Positions 21,726 through 32,654 of a DNA stretch of 36,439 nt are shown piece by piece (position 1 is the stretch's first letter; every line of letters starts with the position of its first letter). Where the stretch lies: contig NC_068981.1 in NCBI RefSeq assembly GCF_001194135.2, positions 10,604,512 to 10,640,950 of the forward strand, given 5' to 3'. Position numbers and translations under genes: made by a program. The stretch comes from Octopus bimaculoides. Taxonomy: Eukaryota. The notes below the pieces were generated by a model. It saw only the letters and a list, made by a program, of their open reading frames with translations. It searched no databases and had not been told where the DNA came from.

Positions 21726-21820
21726 TAAGAGTAGAAATTAATATTATTAAAAAATATCAATTTCAACTAGTGGTCAGCCTACACAAAAATGTCCGAGTAC
21801 CGTGAATTTTAGTTAAACAT

Positions 21821-22033
21821 AAACAATATAAGCGATCACTATATGGATCTCTTGTATGCTAAAAATAGACATCAAACTGTCTTACCACTAAATCTGTGTT
21901 CTCACCTTCTCATTTGTCTAGCTTGTAAACATCTAGCATCTTACTAAGTTGAGAACACAGATTTAGTGGTAAGACGGTTTGACATCTATTTCTAGCTTAC
22001 ACGGGAACCATATGGTGATCTCTCATATTGCTT
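21821..22033. repeat. Foldback element, ~84-bp imperfect arms with ~45-bp spacer
   Basis: atagacatcaaactgtcttaccactaaatctgtgttctca (21865-21904) mirrored by tgagaacacagatttagtggtaagacggtttgacatctat (21950-21989); the match extends outward. Confidence 0.85.
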
Positions 22034-22073
22034 ATATATTCTTTTCTTTTCAAAGTTTCAGCTCAGAGCTGCG

Positions 22074-22076
<3 letters not shown>

Positions 22077-22132
<56 letters not shown>
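22077..22132. repeat. (AT)n microsatellite
   Basis: Pure AT run. Confidence 0.95.
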
Positions 22133-22135
<3 letters not shown>

Positions 22136-22190
22136 TATGTTGGTGCAAACAGGAATAACAGAACTCAAAATATGAGTATATGCATATTCT

Positions 22191-22319
22191 TATTGATATT
22201 TAGCAAAAGTAACAGTGACACATAGTTCGAGAGTTTCATGTGTTGGCACTTATCAAACTGTGCCACACACGAAACTTTCGGACCTTGAGTCACTCTGTTA
22301 CTTCTGCTAAATATTAATA
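22191..22319. repeat. Imperfect palindrome, ~60-bp arms
   Basis: tattgatatttagcaaaagtaacagtgac...agtttcatgtgttggcac vs gtgccacacacgaaact...gtcactctgttacttctgctaaatattaata. Confidence 0.85.
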
Positions 22320-22543
22320 AAAAAAAATATATATATAAATACATGTACATCCACATATATATACATAATATATACACATACATAACCTTGATACTGTGTG
22401 GACTAAGATCCCTGTTGACGGGCAGCTGATATTTATAGAGTGTTAAATACTTTTGGTATGCAAATTAGGGCCTCCTTCATGCATTTATTGAGTATATAAA
22501 CAGTTTGGCTGCTTGTTTCTCTAGAGATTGTCAAAACGATGTA

Positions 22544-22592
22544 GACACCTCTGATGAGATCCCAATAAGGCTCGAAAATTAATTAAAGTTGT
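22544..22592 (+). ncRNA. Degenerate minimal type-I hammerhead-like motif
   Basis: gacacct-CTGATGA-GAtCC...GGcTC-GAA-AATTAATT-A-aagttgt. Core intact, palindromic stem III, mismatched stems I/II. Confidence 0.45.
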
Positions 22593-23480
22593 TCATCATT
22601 GTTTTTCACTCTGTGGAGGAATGGCTAAAAATTTGCCTTGTTCATAATTATACCATATGATACATAGTACATATATTTATATATACACACAAATACATAT
22701 ATATGCATAAATACACACNNNNNNNNNNCATGGAAAGCGGACGTTAAACGATGATGATGATGATGATGATGATGTATATACTCACACGCAACACATTATC
22801 AATACCAGCATTTTACATCTACTTTCGATGCTAAAATGGGTTGGACAATTAAAATTTAAAAATCAAATTTAAATATTAAAAAAAAAACATACAAAATTGT
22901 AAGCATGCAAAATAGTAAAATAATTTGCATAGGCACAAAGCTTTATAGTGATAGAGCAAGGAAAAAGGGGGAGGTTGTGATGTTGATGTATTTCCCCAAT
23001 GCATTTCAGGGAGAAATGAAACCTGTTCACAAAACACATAAAATATTATAATAATTGCAATTATAAGCTGTTGTTAATTTCTTTAACTTTGTCACAAAAC
23101 TAGTTTTTGGAATGAAGAAATAAAATTGATTGATTGAATAAACCTCAGTATATTACAGGTATTTTGCACTTCACACCTCCACCTCTATTGCCTGCCTACA
23201 TTTGAATGAGAATAATAGATTAAGTAGTTGGTCCCAATGATTTGAATCGGAAAGCTGATGGTTAATATTAAGTATTGTATGACAGTCTAGCCCTCTACTA
23301 TTTCTGTCCACTTATTGATCTCTGTCTCTTGTCTCCCACCCAGGTAGTGTGTGTGTGTGTGTGTGTGTGTGCATGCAAAATCTGCTGCACATTTGGCCAA
23401 GAAAGACAAAGAACAAGGAGAGCAGAATAACAACAACAATTAGCCCTCACCAAACTCTTGTTCCCCAGATAATAATAATA

Positions 23481-23697
23481 ATTCTTTCTACTTATAGACA
23501 CAAAGACTGAAATTTAAGGGAGGAGGCAAGGTGATTTCATTGACCCCAACTGCTCAACTGGTATCTATTTTTCACTGACCCTGAAGGGATGAAAGGCTAA
23601 GTCAACCTTGGTGAAAATTGAACTCAGAATATAAAGAAAGATGAAATGTCACTAAAAAATTTTGCCCGTCATGCCAACAATTCTGCTAGCTTGACAC
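23481..23697 (-). mobile_element. Family D SINE
   Basis: gaccctgaagggatgaaaggctaagtcaaccttggtgaaaattgaactcag; (AAT)n at 23469-23481. Confidence 0.8.
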
Positions 23698-24168
23698 TTT
23701 ACTGATGACGGTGGTGATGGTGATGACGGTCACTCCTGTCAATTTCAACATTTGACTGTTTGACAGAAGGGATTAAAAATTAAAAAAAAGATTAAAATGA
23801 AGGAACTACATCCATTTGCAATGGCTGCGAGAATGTAATATGAGTCCAGGAATGGATTTTGCTCTGAAATCACAATGGGGGACAATGATGATTTTGATTT
23901 TGCCTAGGATAGGACAGATGTGTCTGTTGATTGCAAGATAGAATTCTTTTATTGTTCTGTTTCCTCAACTCAAATTGTTTAGATGCATTGTGACACATTT
24001 TATGCCACTCAAATCGGTCTAGGCAATAATTTTCCCAGGATTTTAAATTAAGCTGTAAGGATTTTCTTTTTTTTTTTCTGTAATACCTTTATTGTGAAAC
24101 TTTCAAAAAAAAATTCTTAAATGACATTCCAATCATAGAATTTAGTAAAAAAAAAAAAAAAAGGAACA

Positions 24169-24546
24169 AGAGTGGCTGTGTGGTAAGTAGCTTGCTTACC
24201 AACCTCATGGTTGCGGGTTCATTCCCACTGCGTGGCACCTTGGGCAAGTGTCTTCTACTATAGCATCGGGCTGACCAAAGCCTTGTGAGTGAATTTGGTA
24301 GACGGAAACTGAAAGAAGCCTGTTGTATATATGTATATATATATGTGTATGTATGTGTTTGTCCCCCCAACATCGCTTGACAACCGATAGTGGTGTGTTT
24401 GCGTCCCAGTAACTTAGCGGTTCGGCAAAAGAGACCCATAGAATAAGTACTAGGCATCCAAAGAATAAGTCCTGGGGTCGGTTTTCTCGACTCAAGGCGG
24501 TGCTCCAGCATGGCCGCAGTCAAATGACTGAAACAAGTAAAAGAGA
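24169..24546 (+). mobile_element. Family A SINE, full length
   Basis: Near-consensus head, CORE-like accttgggcaagtgtctt, internal microsatellite, A-rich tail. Confidence 0.92.
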
Positions 24547-24794
24547 AAAAAGAGAAAGAGAGCCAATTGTTCTTGATATGGTTTAAAGCCAAAAAAGTGA
24601 GGTGAGTGAGTGATAATTATGACAAACAACAGTATAACATACCGGAGCTGTAAGGATTTTTATGATTGTTCCAACTTATCCTTCGACCTAAGCCAAATAT
24701 ACCTTATACCTTTACTGTGGAATCCCTCTGCTTGTAGGCCATACAAAGGAATTTTTGGAATGCAATCATCTTGCATTTGAACAACAACAATGGT

Positions 24795-25005
24795 TTCAAA
24801 TTTTGGCACAAGGCCTGCATGTTCAGGAGGGGAGTTGAGTTCATTACACTGACCCCAGTGCGCAACTGGGGCTTATTTTCTCAATCATGAAAAGACGAAA
24901 GGCAAAATCGACCTCGATAGAATTTGAACCCAGAGCATGAAAATGGAGGAAATGCTGCCAAGCATTTTGCCCTGTAGGCTAATGATTCAGCTAGCTCACT
25001 CGCTT
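24795..25005 (-). mobile_element. Family D SINE
   Basis: accccagtgcgcaactgg...aaggcaaaatcgacctcgatagaatttgaacccag; (AAT)n at 25008-25045. Confidence 0.8.
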
Positions 25006-25007
25006 TG

Positions 25008-25041
<34 letters not shown>

Positions 25042-25333
25042 TAATAGGAATGATAAAAAAAAGGTACTGAAACCTATTTGAAAATGATACCAGGCTTACC
25101 ATCCCTACAGGAAGTGCAAAAAATCGTATTAACTGGAACAACTCATGTACTGAGAAGAGCATTATCGCTGTGAAAACAACATCCATTCATGAATTTTTTT
25201 TATTTATTAATTTTTTTATTTTTAAAATAAACATTTTGCCTGTGAATTTGCGTGTGTAAACTGGGAATGCATACAATGAGTTTCTCTGCCCTAGGTGTAC
25301 GGAAAANNNNNNNNNNCAACATAATAATAATAA

Positions 25334-25546
25334 TCCTTTCTATTATAGGCACAAGGCATGAAATTTGGGGAGGGGACAAGTCAATTACATTGACCCCAGT
25401 GTTTCACTGGTACTTAATTTATCGACCCCAAAAGGATGGAAGGCAAAGTTGACCTCAGCAGAATTTGAACTGAGAATGTAGCGATGGGCGAAATACTGCT
25501 AAGTATTTCGTCCAGCGGGCTAACGATTCTGCCAGCTTACCGTCTT
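25334..25546 (-). mobile_element. Family D SINE flanked by (AAT)n on both sides
   Basis: Near-consensus; (AAT)n at 25320-25333 and 25548-25622. Confidence 0.88.
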
Positions 25547-25626
25547 TAAAATAATAATAATAATAATAACAATAATAAAAATAATAATAATAATAATAAC
25601 AATAATAAAAATAATAATAATACTGA

Positions 25627-25790
25627 TTTCTCACATTGGCATAAGGATATAAATTTTAGAGAAATGAATGATGGCAGAATAAATACGTCCCAGTAATTGA
25701 CTGGTACTATATTTTATTCTTATCCAACCCAGAATGATGAAAAAAATTTTGACCTTGATGCAATTTGAACTCAGAACACAGAGAGTCAAA
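25627..25790 (-). mobile_element. Family D SINE, degenerate
   Basis: cccagtaattgactggtact...tgaccttgatgcaatttgaactcag. Confidence 0.55.
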
Positions 25791-25820
25791 ACTAAGTTCC
25801 ATCAAATCTGCTGAACCAGC

Positions 25821-25844
25821 AAAAGAAGCCTGTTATATATATGT

Positions 25845-25891
<47 letters not shown>

Positions 25892-26107
25892 GGTGTCTTT
25901 GAGGCTGTTCATTTCTCACTGCTGCTTGACAACCAATGTGTTTATAACCTGGTAACTTAGCAGTCAGGCAAAAGAGTCCGATAGAATAAATACCAGGCTT
26001 AAAATTTTTTTTTAAATTAAGCATTGCGGTCAATTCATTCAGCTAAAATTCTTCAAGGTGGTGCCCCAGCATGGCCATAGTTTAATGACCAAAACAAAAG
26101 ATAAAAG
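25821..26107 (+). mobile_element. Family A SINE 3' half with (TG)n
   Basis: aagaagcctgttata...gcttgacaaccaatg...gtgccccagcatggccatag. Confidence 0.8.
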
Positions 26108-26235
26108 TTAAAGGCTGAAATATGGAAACAAAATGGTTAACGCCTACAGCCTACCCTGAGTATTTCTACTTGTGGCATGAAGTCACAAATGGAAAAGCTT
26201 CCCCTACACAAGCATATGGAGTTGCATGTATTCAT

Positions 26236-26692
26236 TCACTTGTTTCAGTCATTTGACTGCAGCCATGCTGGAGCACTACCTTTAATCGAACAAATGAACC
26301 ACAGGACTCATTCTTTGTAAGCCTAGTCCTTATTCTGTCAGTCTCTTTTGCCGAACTGCTAAGTTACAGGGACGTAAACACATCAACATCAGTTGTCAAT
26401 CGACTGTGGCGGGAAGACAAGCACAGACACACACAAATATATAAATTCACACACATATATATATATATTTATATATATATCAATCATCATCATCATTTAA
26501 TGTAATATATATATATATATACATATACACAACAGGCCTCTTTCAGTTTCTGTCTACCAAATCCACTCACAAGGCTTTGGTCAGCCCGAGGCTACAGTAG
26601 AAGACACTCGCCGAAGGTGCCACGCAGTGGGACTGAACTCAGAACGATGTGGTTGGGAAGCAAGCTACTTACTACATAGCCACGCTGCACCT
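26236..26692 (-). mobile_element. Family A SINE, full length with expanded microsatellite
   Basis: cttgtttcagtcatttgactgcagccatgctggagcac...gtgccacgcagtgggactgaactc. Confidence 0.9.
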
Positions 26693-27120
26693 ATGTTTGT
26701 GTAAAGTCTTCACCAACAACTATTGCTGAGATAACTATGCAATGGCTTGGAGTAATTGTTACAACAAGCAGTCATTACATTTGTATATTAATATGGCAGT
26801 AATTTGATTTCATAGTAAGCTGACTAAACTATGACTAATATTAACCTCCACCCATTATTTTATATTCTCTGACTTTTCACTGGTTCCGACATTTATATAT
26901 GTTTACACTAACTTAACTAACTCGAATAGTTTACCCTGTTTCATAGCTACATCTCTGAGAATGTTTCTTGTCATAGACTGCTAACTAGTTTACTTTGTTT
27001 ATTTATACCAAAATTACTAGATCTAAGGAATGTCTTTGAATCATCTTGGGGCATTGGAGGCATCTATGTAAATATGGTAAAAAAAAAAAAAAAAGTGATG
27101 GGGTGGGGGGGGAACTAGTT

Positions 27121-27250
27121 ATCATCTTCATTATTCTGTCATCCACATTTCCACACTTGTATGGGTCAGACAGAATTTGTTGAGGCAGATTTTCTGCAGC
27201 AGGATCCTCTTCATGTCGCCAACCCTCACCTGGCCCCAAATAAGGTAATA
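27121..27250 (-). mobile_element. Variant (GAT)n-tailed retroelement end
   Basis: gaatttgttgaggcagattttctgcagc...gtcgccaaccctcacctg. Confidence 0.6.
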
Positions 27251-27805
27251 ATCCACTTTGTCCATCTAATAACAAACAGCCCAAACTTAGTTATAGGTCT
27301 CTTCTATTGACAAAGATCTCACAACATATCAAGACATGTCAAGAAGCTCAGGCATGTTTTTGTGGTTGACTTCGAACATGACACTGCATATATTTGATTG
27401 TGAAGCTGTTGCTTTGTTTACAGTCACTGAACACATGAAAGGCAAGAAGTACAAAATCACTCACACAAACACATACACATATATATATATATAGCAGGGG
27501 GCCCATCCCCTCAAGTTTGAGAATTTTTTAATTAATTCCTGGAAGAATGCATTATTTCAGCCTGGGTGTGTTTGTAGACAGTTGAAAAGGTTACTTTTAA
27601 CAACAGAAAAAAAATTAAATAAAAGCATTGTAGTTGCAGGTAGCCCCCCCACCATCTAGTCTCCTGGCAACCAATATTTTTAGACCCAGTCCACCACTGC
27701 CTATATGTATGGCATTTAAATGGGGGTTGGTTTTCTAGCATTAATCAACTGGGAGATAAATCTCCTGGTGCAAATTTATAGCACATAAATTTCTCAATAA
27801 TTTCT

Positions 27806-28032
27806 TATTTCTTTACTACCGACACACAGAGGGGACAAACAAGGACAGATAAACAGATTAAATCGATTATATCGACCCCAGTGCGTAACTGGTACTTATT
27901 TAATCGACCCTGAAAGGATGAAAGGCAAAGTCGACCTCGGCGGAATTTGAACTCAGAACATAAAAATAGATGAAATACTGCTAAGCATTTCGTCCAGGGT
28001 GCTAACGTTTCTGACAGCTCGTCGACGCCTTT
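27806..28032 (-). mobile_element. Family D SINE with 17-bp TSD
   Basis: ATTTCTCAATAATTTCT at 27789-27805 and 28033-28049; near-consensus body. Confidence 0.95.
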
Positions 28033-28383
28033 ATTTCTCAATAATTTCTGGCACATATTCATGACATCTAAATCAACTGGGATATGTAGAATAAAGTGTC
28101 CTACTGAATGACTTAATAAAATGCCCCAAAGTGGATTCGAATTTGAAGCCACCAGAAGTTTCATTGATGTATCTGTTTGTTAGTTGATGAGGTACCTCAT
28201 CAGATAAATAATGAATTTTAACTGCACTGATTCATTAATCTTCATTTGCATAAAGTACATACATGCATTTCGCTTTAAAAGGCAATACAACTATGTTTAC
28301 ATACACAGACAGAGTTAAATTGATAGATAAATAAATAATGAAGACAAAGAAAAACATACATACACACACATATTTAATGAAAT

Positions 28384-28716
28384 AGGCGTAGGAGTGGCTG
28401 TGTGGTAAGTAGCTTGCTTATGAACCACATGGTTCTGGGTTCAGTCCCATTGCGTGGCACCTTGGGCAAGTGTCTTCAACTATAGCCTCGGGCCGACCAA
28501 AGCCTTGTGAGTGGATTTGGTAGATGGAAACTGAAAGAAGCCTGTCGTATATATGTATGTGTGTCTGTGTTTGTCCCCCCCCAACATTGCTTGGCAACCG
28601 ATGGTGGTGTGTTTACGTCCCCGTAACTTAGTGACCGATAAGTGCTGGGGTCGATTTGCTCGACTAAAGGTGGTGCTCCAGCATGGCCGCAGTCAAATGA
28701 CTGAGACAAGTAAAAG
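28384..28716 (+). mobile_element. Family A SINE with ~40-bp internal deletion
   Basis: ggcgtaggagtggctgtgtggtaagtagc; gtaacttagtgaccgataagtgctgg lacks the segment present in the 7664 and 24169 copies. Confidence 0.92.
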
Positions 28717-29059
28717 TTTATGTGAAACATGTATGAAAATATACAGACGTTGTATTCCCATCTAGCTCAGGTCAGATTCAACCAAAAAAAAAAAAACAAA
28801 AAAAAAATCAAATCAATGTTGAGGTGTTCCCAGTAAATTTGTTGAAAGGTGCATGAAAATGGCAAGGATGGACTGAGAGAATGAGGCTTGTGCCTGTACA
28901 TTGAAGGAGAACAAATGAGAGAGAGCACTTGACTAAGGGATCAGGGTAAATATGGTTTTGTGGGGTTTCCACAAACAGCCCTTACCGGTCTCCTTGTTTC
29001 AGGAGCAGTATTCTTTGAATCTTTTCTGTTTGTTATTCTCCTTTCCACATGCTTTTTAT

Positions 29060-29400
29060 ATAACCCCAAACCATATCGTCCAGAACTTGTCTGAAAAATT
29101 TGAAGACGGGCACCTTCCTATCTGGCCAAGCTTCCACCAATTTCTTCAAATATCATTTAAAGAAGAAGGTGATGGCAGTGAAGGAGGTGCTGCTTTCTAG
29201 TATGTTTATCAAAAGGTGGACAAGAGTGGCAAGACTGGAGAGGCTGAATGGCTCTACTGAGCATACTTTTCCAAGTTGGAAGAAACAAACAGGAAGATGG
29301 CACTTTCCATACCTTGGGGATGGCAGAGTAATCCTGGACCTTTTGTGTGGGGATTACCCCAATTACCCTAAGTGGACTATCCCACTTTTGAGGATTCTAT
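29060..29400 (+). mobile_element. Probable L1/Tx1-clade LINE 3' remnant
   Basis: RTCLKNLKTGTFLSGQASTNFFKYHLKKKVMAVKEVLLSSMFIKRWTRVARL resembles L1/Tx1 ORF2 C-termini (W..R...L...F + ER....F..RW); recalled, unverified. Confidence 0.45.
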
Positions 29401-29555
29401 TTATTATTTACTTTTCTAATTTCTTTTTATATATCCCTAAGGTTGTAGTGTCTCCCCTTGATCGATGCTGTATCCCGTTCTTTGATATTGTCCTCCATAT
29501 CTTGGTCTTATGTGGCCAACACAAGAAATCATTATTATTATTATTATTATTATTA

Positions 29556-30615
29556 GCAGCATTTTGGCATAATACTTAGCAGCATTCCATCCATCATTAT
29601 GTTCTGATTTCAAATTCCGCCGAGGTCGACTTTGCCTTTCATCCCTTTCAGGGTTGATAAAATAAGTACCAGTTAAACACTGGGGTCGATGTGATTGACT
29701 TATCCCCTCTCCAGAAATTGCTGGCCTTGTGCCAAAATGCAAAATCAACATTATTCTTATTGTGCACTGGAAAAATTCTTGGCATTTTCTCACAGCTCTT
29801 TACATGTTGAGTTCAAACATCTTGAGTTTGACTTAATCCTTTATCTGTTCAGAGTTGATAAAACACAGGACCCATCAAACACTGGGGTTGATAAAATATA
29901 GCACCCATCAAATACTGGGGTTAATACAACTGATTTTCCCTTTCCCTCAAATAGCTAGTCTTGTGCCAAAATTAGAAAGAATTATTTCTATCATTATTAA
30001 AGCAGTGAGCTGGCAAAATTGTTAGCGCATCAGACAAAATGCTCAGCAGTATTTCTTCCAGTTTTTTACATTGTGTTCAAATCCTTCCAATGCCAGTAAA
30101 ATAAACTATCAGTCAAGGACTGAGGTTGATGTAATTGACTAGTCTCCACTTCACTAAAATGCTAGCCTTATGCCAATATTTAAAACCATTATTATTATTA
30201 TTATTATTAAGGCAGTGAGCTGGCAGAATTGTTTGTATCCCGGGTAAAACGCTTAGTGGCATTTCACCCATCTCTACGTTCCGAGTTCAAATTCTACCAT
30301 GATTGACTTTGCCTTTTGTCCTTTCAGAGTCAATAAAACAATCACCAGCCAAGCGCTGGGATTGAGGCCTTGTGCCTACAGCAGAAAGAATTGTATCCAT
30401 TTTTTTAAATGCTCAGTTTCAGTAACCACATCAAATTTCAAGGCCAGGCCATGGACTGATTAATCATGGAAAAAATACAAATTTCACTTTGTTGATTCAA
30501 AATTCCACCTTTCAGGTTCAATGAAAGTAGTACCAGTTCAGTACTGGGGTCAATATACTTGATTGATCCCTTCCCGGGAAATTTCAGAGATTGTGCCTTT
30601 AGTAGAAAGGATTAT
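29556..30615 (+). mobile_element. Cluster of ~5 head-to-tail degenerate family D SINE copies
   Basis: Copies at ~29556-29755, 29775-29985, 30000-30190, 30209-30392, 30495-30615, each ending ttgtgcc...aaag/aatt and separated by (ATT)n. Confidence 0.75.
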
Positions 30616-30939
30616 TGTTATTGAGGAATATAATGAAAAGGATTATTATTATTATTAGAGTGAGGTAGACGATAACGAGTGTGAGACATCTAACAACATA
30701 TCTTTTAAATCATAAAAAGTCGTTCAACCATGATATATACATGTATGGATTTTTGATATACTTTAAATATATTTGTACTAATTCCTCTACACAAAAATCG
30801 AGTAGATTTTGTTTTTTGACTACGAAAATATATATTTATATTGATTATGGATATATTCCAGCTTCTAACTGTATTTGTTCTAATTCCTCTATGCAAAAAT
30901 CTGGTACATTCTGGAATCCTCTTTAGTTACACTCTACAG

Positions 30940-31084
30940 CAGGCATGGGCAACTTTTTCGAGAAGAAGGCTGCATGAATGGTTCATCAAGTGAACCACAT
31001 GACTAAAAAAAAATTCATGGTAATTTTTTTTTTATCAGGTGTGTCATTCAGAAAGGCCCACAGGTCACAATTTGGCCATGACTG
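30940..31084. mobile_element. Possible short hAT-like MITE
   Basis: caggcatgggcaact ... aatttggccatgactg imperfect TIRs; no TSD seen. Confidence 0.35.
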
Positions 31085-31377
31085 TTATTATATAAGGTGA
31101 TGTTTCTTTATTAAAAGTAATCTAAATGTCAATAATACTGAGTAACCATAGTTTTGCGATATCAATCAATTAAAACATTATTTCACAAACTACATGATTG
31201 TTATCTAATGGTTTGTGATATTCAGTTGGCATATAATTCTAATGATGTGCATAAAGGAAAATCTTCAAGGCCATACCAAAAACTGATTGACTGAAGCATA
31301 CATGAAAAATTTGCATCATGTTAAGCTTGGCAGTGGAGGCAAATTGTGTTGACAAATTAATTTCAAATAATTAAGTG

Positions 31378-31419
<42 letters not shown>

Positions 31420-31886
31420 CAAAGAATTTGTGGCAGTGATAAGATTAAAACATTTTGCATAAACTCAGAATTACTAAAAATAACTTATTTTTCAATTTAC
31501 AAAGTACTCTTAATATTTGCATTGAAACTTCACTCTGTTAAAATAGAGACGGTGGTGGTGGTGGTAGTGGCAGTGAAGGTGGTAGTGGCAGTGAAGGTGG
31601 TTGTGGTGATTAATGGTTGGTGGTGTTTAAATTTAAATTTAATTAATGGCTGAGGGGTTAAAAAGTTTACTATGAAACCACATGGCCAGGGGTTCACTTC
31701 TACTACTTGGATGCTGTCGGCTGGTGTCCTTTCCGACAACCATTGGCTGATCAATTCCACATGTATGAAATTCGGTAGAGAAGCCCTTTATAGTGTACAT
31801 ACATATGGCTTGAAACATCAAAGACTTTTCCATTCTTTTTGAGCATCAAACTAACACACCAGCTTGTTGTTCTTTCACCTGTTCTC

Positions 31887-32000
31887 ATCATTTGATGTTT
31901 ACATTTCCATGCTTCCATGGGTCAAAGAGAGTTTATTGAGGCAGATTTTCTACAGTTGAATGCCCTTCCTGTTGCCAAGCCAACTCTTACTTATTTCCAA
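31887..32000 (-). mobile_element. Variant (GAT)n-tailed retroelement end
   Basis: catcatttgatgtttacatttccatgc...gaggcagattttctacagttgaatgcccttcctgttgccaa. Confidence 0.65.
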
Positions 32001-32139
32001 GCAGAATATTAGAATGATCCTGCTTGTATAACAGTGACACTCATTTACAATTATCACACAATGTCAAGACAGGGAGAGACAAACGAACACACATACTCAT
32101 ATGCACACACACACACATATATACATACATATACACACA

Positions 32140-32273
32140 CATCAACCAAATCCACTTACAAGGCTTAGATCAGACCAGGACTATAGTAGATGACAGTTAC
32201 CCATGGTGTCACAGAGTGGAATTAAGTCCCAAACTATGTGGTTGGGAAGGAAAGTTCTTAAACACTAGCCATG

Positions 32274-32278
<5 letters not shown>
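32140..32278 (-). mobile_element. Family A SINE 5' half, diverged
   Basis: ccaaatccacttacaaggc...actatagtagatgac...tatgtggttgggaag. Confidence 0.7.
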
Positions 32279-32320
<42 letters not shown>

Positions 32321-32328
32321 ATATATAT

Positions 32329-32585
32329 ATCACGTGACTAACCAGGCTATCAGATGTCACACATCGCTCGTCACAATGTGCTTTTGCATTGTTTTAACCT
32401 TCAAACGACGCCAACCCTGATGGCTAGGCAAGCAGGCCAACATTCCCCCTGACTGATAGGGGGGGGGGGGAGGACTGGAGCAGTGTGCTATGAAGTGTTT
32501 TGCTCAAAAACACTGTGTCGCCCAATCAGGGAATTGAACCCATGATCTAGCAATCGCAAGTGTAACAGCTTAACCAGTAGACCAC
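32329..32585 (-). mobile_element. tRNA-headed CORE-like SINE (fourth family)
   Basis: Minus: gtggtctactggttaag...gggttcaattccc...gtgtttttgagcaaaacacttc...aatgcaaaagcacattgtgac. Confidence 0.75.
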
Positions 32586-32654
32586 AACTATATGTGGACT
32601 GTTAGCGATTTTTTTCCTCTTTTTTCCGTTTCTTTTGGACTTTCCTCAGTCTCC

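Noticed and set aside
15976-21766. Long ORFs of 240-356 aa
   Set aside because: They span N gaps (poly-X); length is an artefact
27493-27699. DNA transposon with CAGTGGTGGACTGG terminus
   Set aside because: Only one plausible end; no matching TIR or TSD
28384-28460. tRNA genes (A/B-box motifs here and in other SINE heads)
   Set aside because: No cloverleaf or acceptor stem; heads continue into SINE bodies
31551-31610. Poly-Val/Thr ORFs (31375-31653, 31530-31760)
   Set aside because: GTG-rich simple repeat with an 18-bp duplication plus poly-A; not coding evidence
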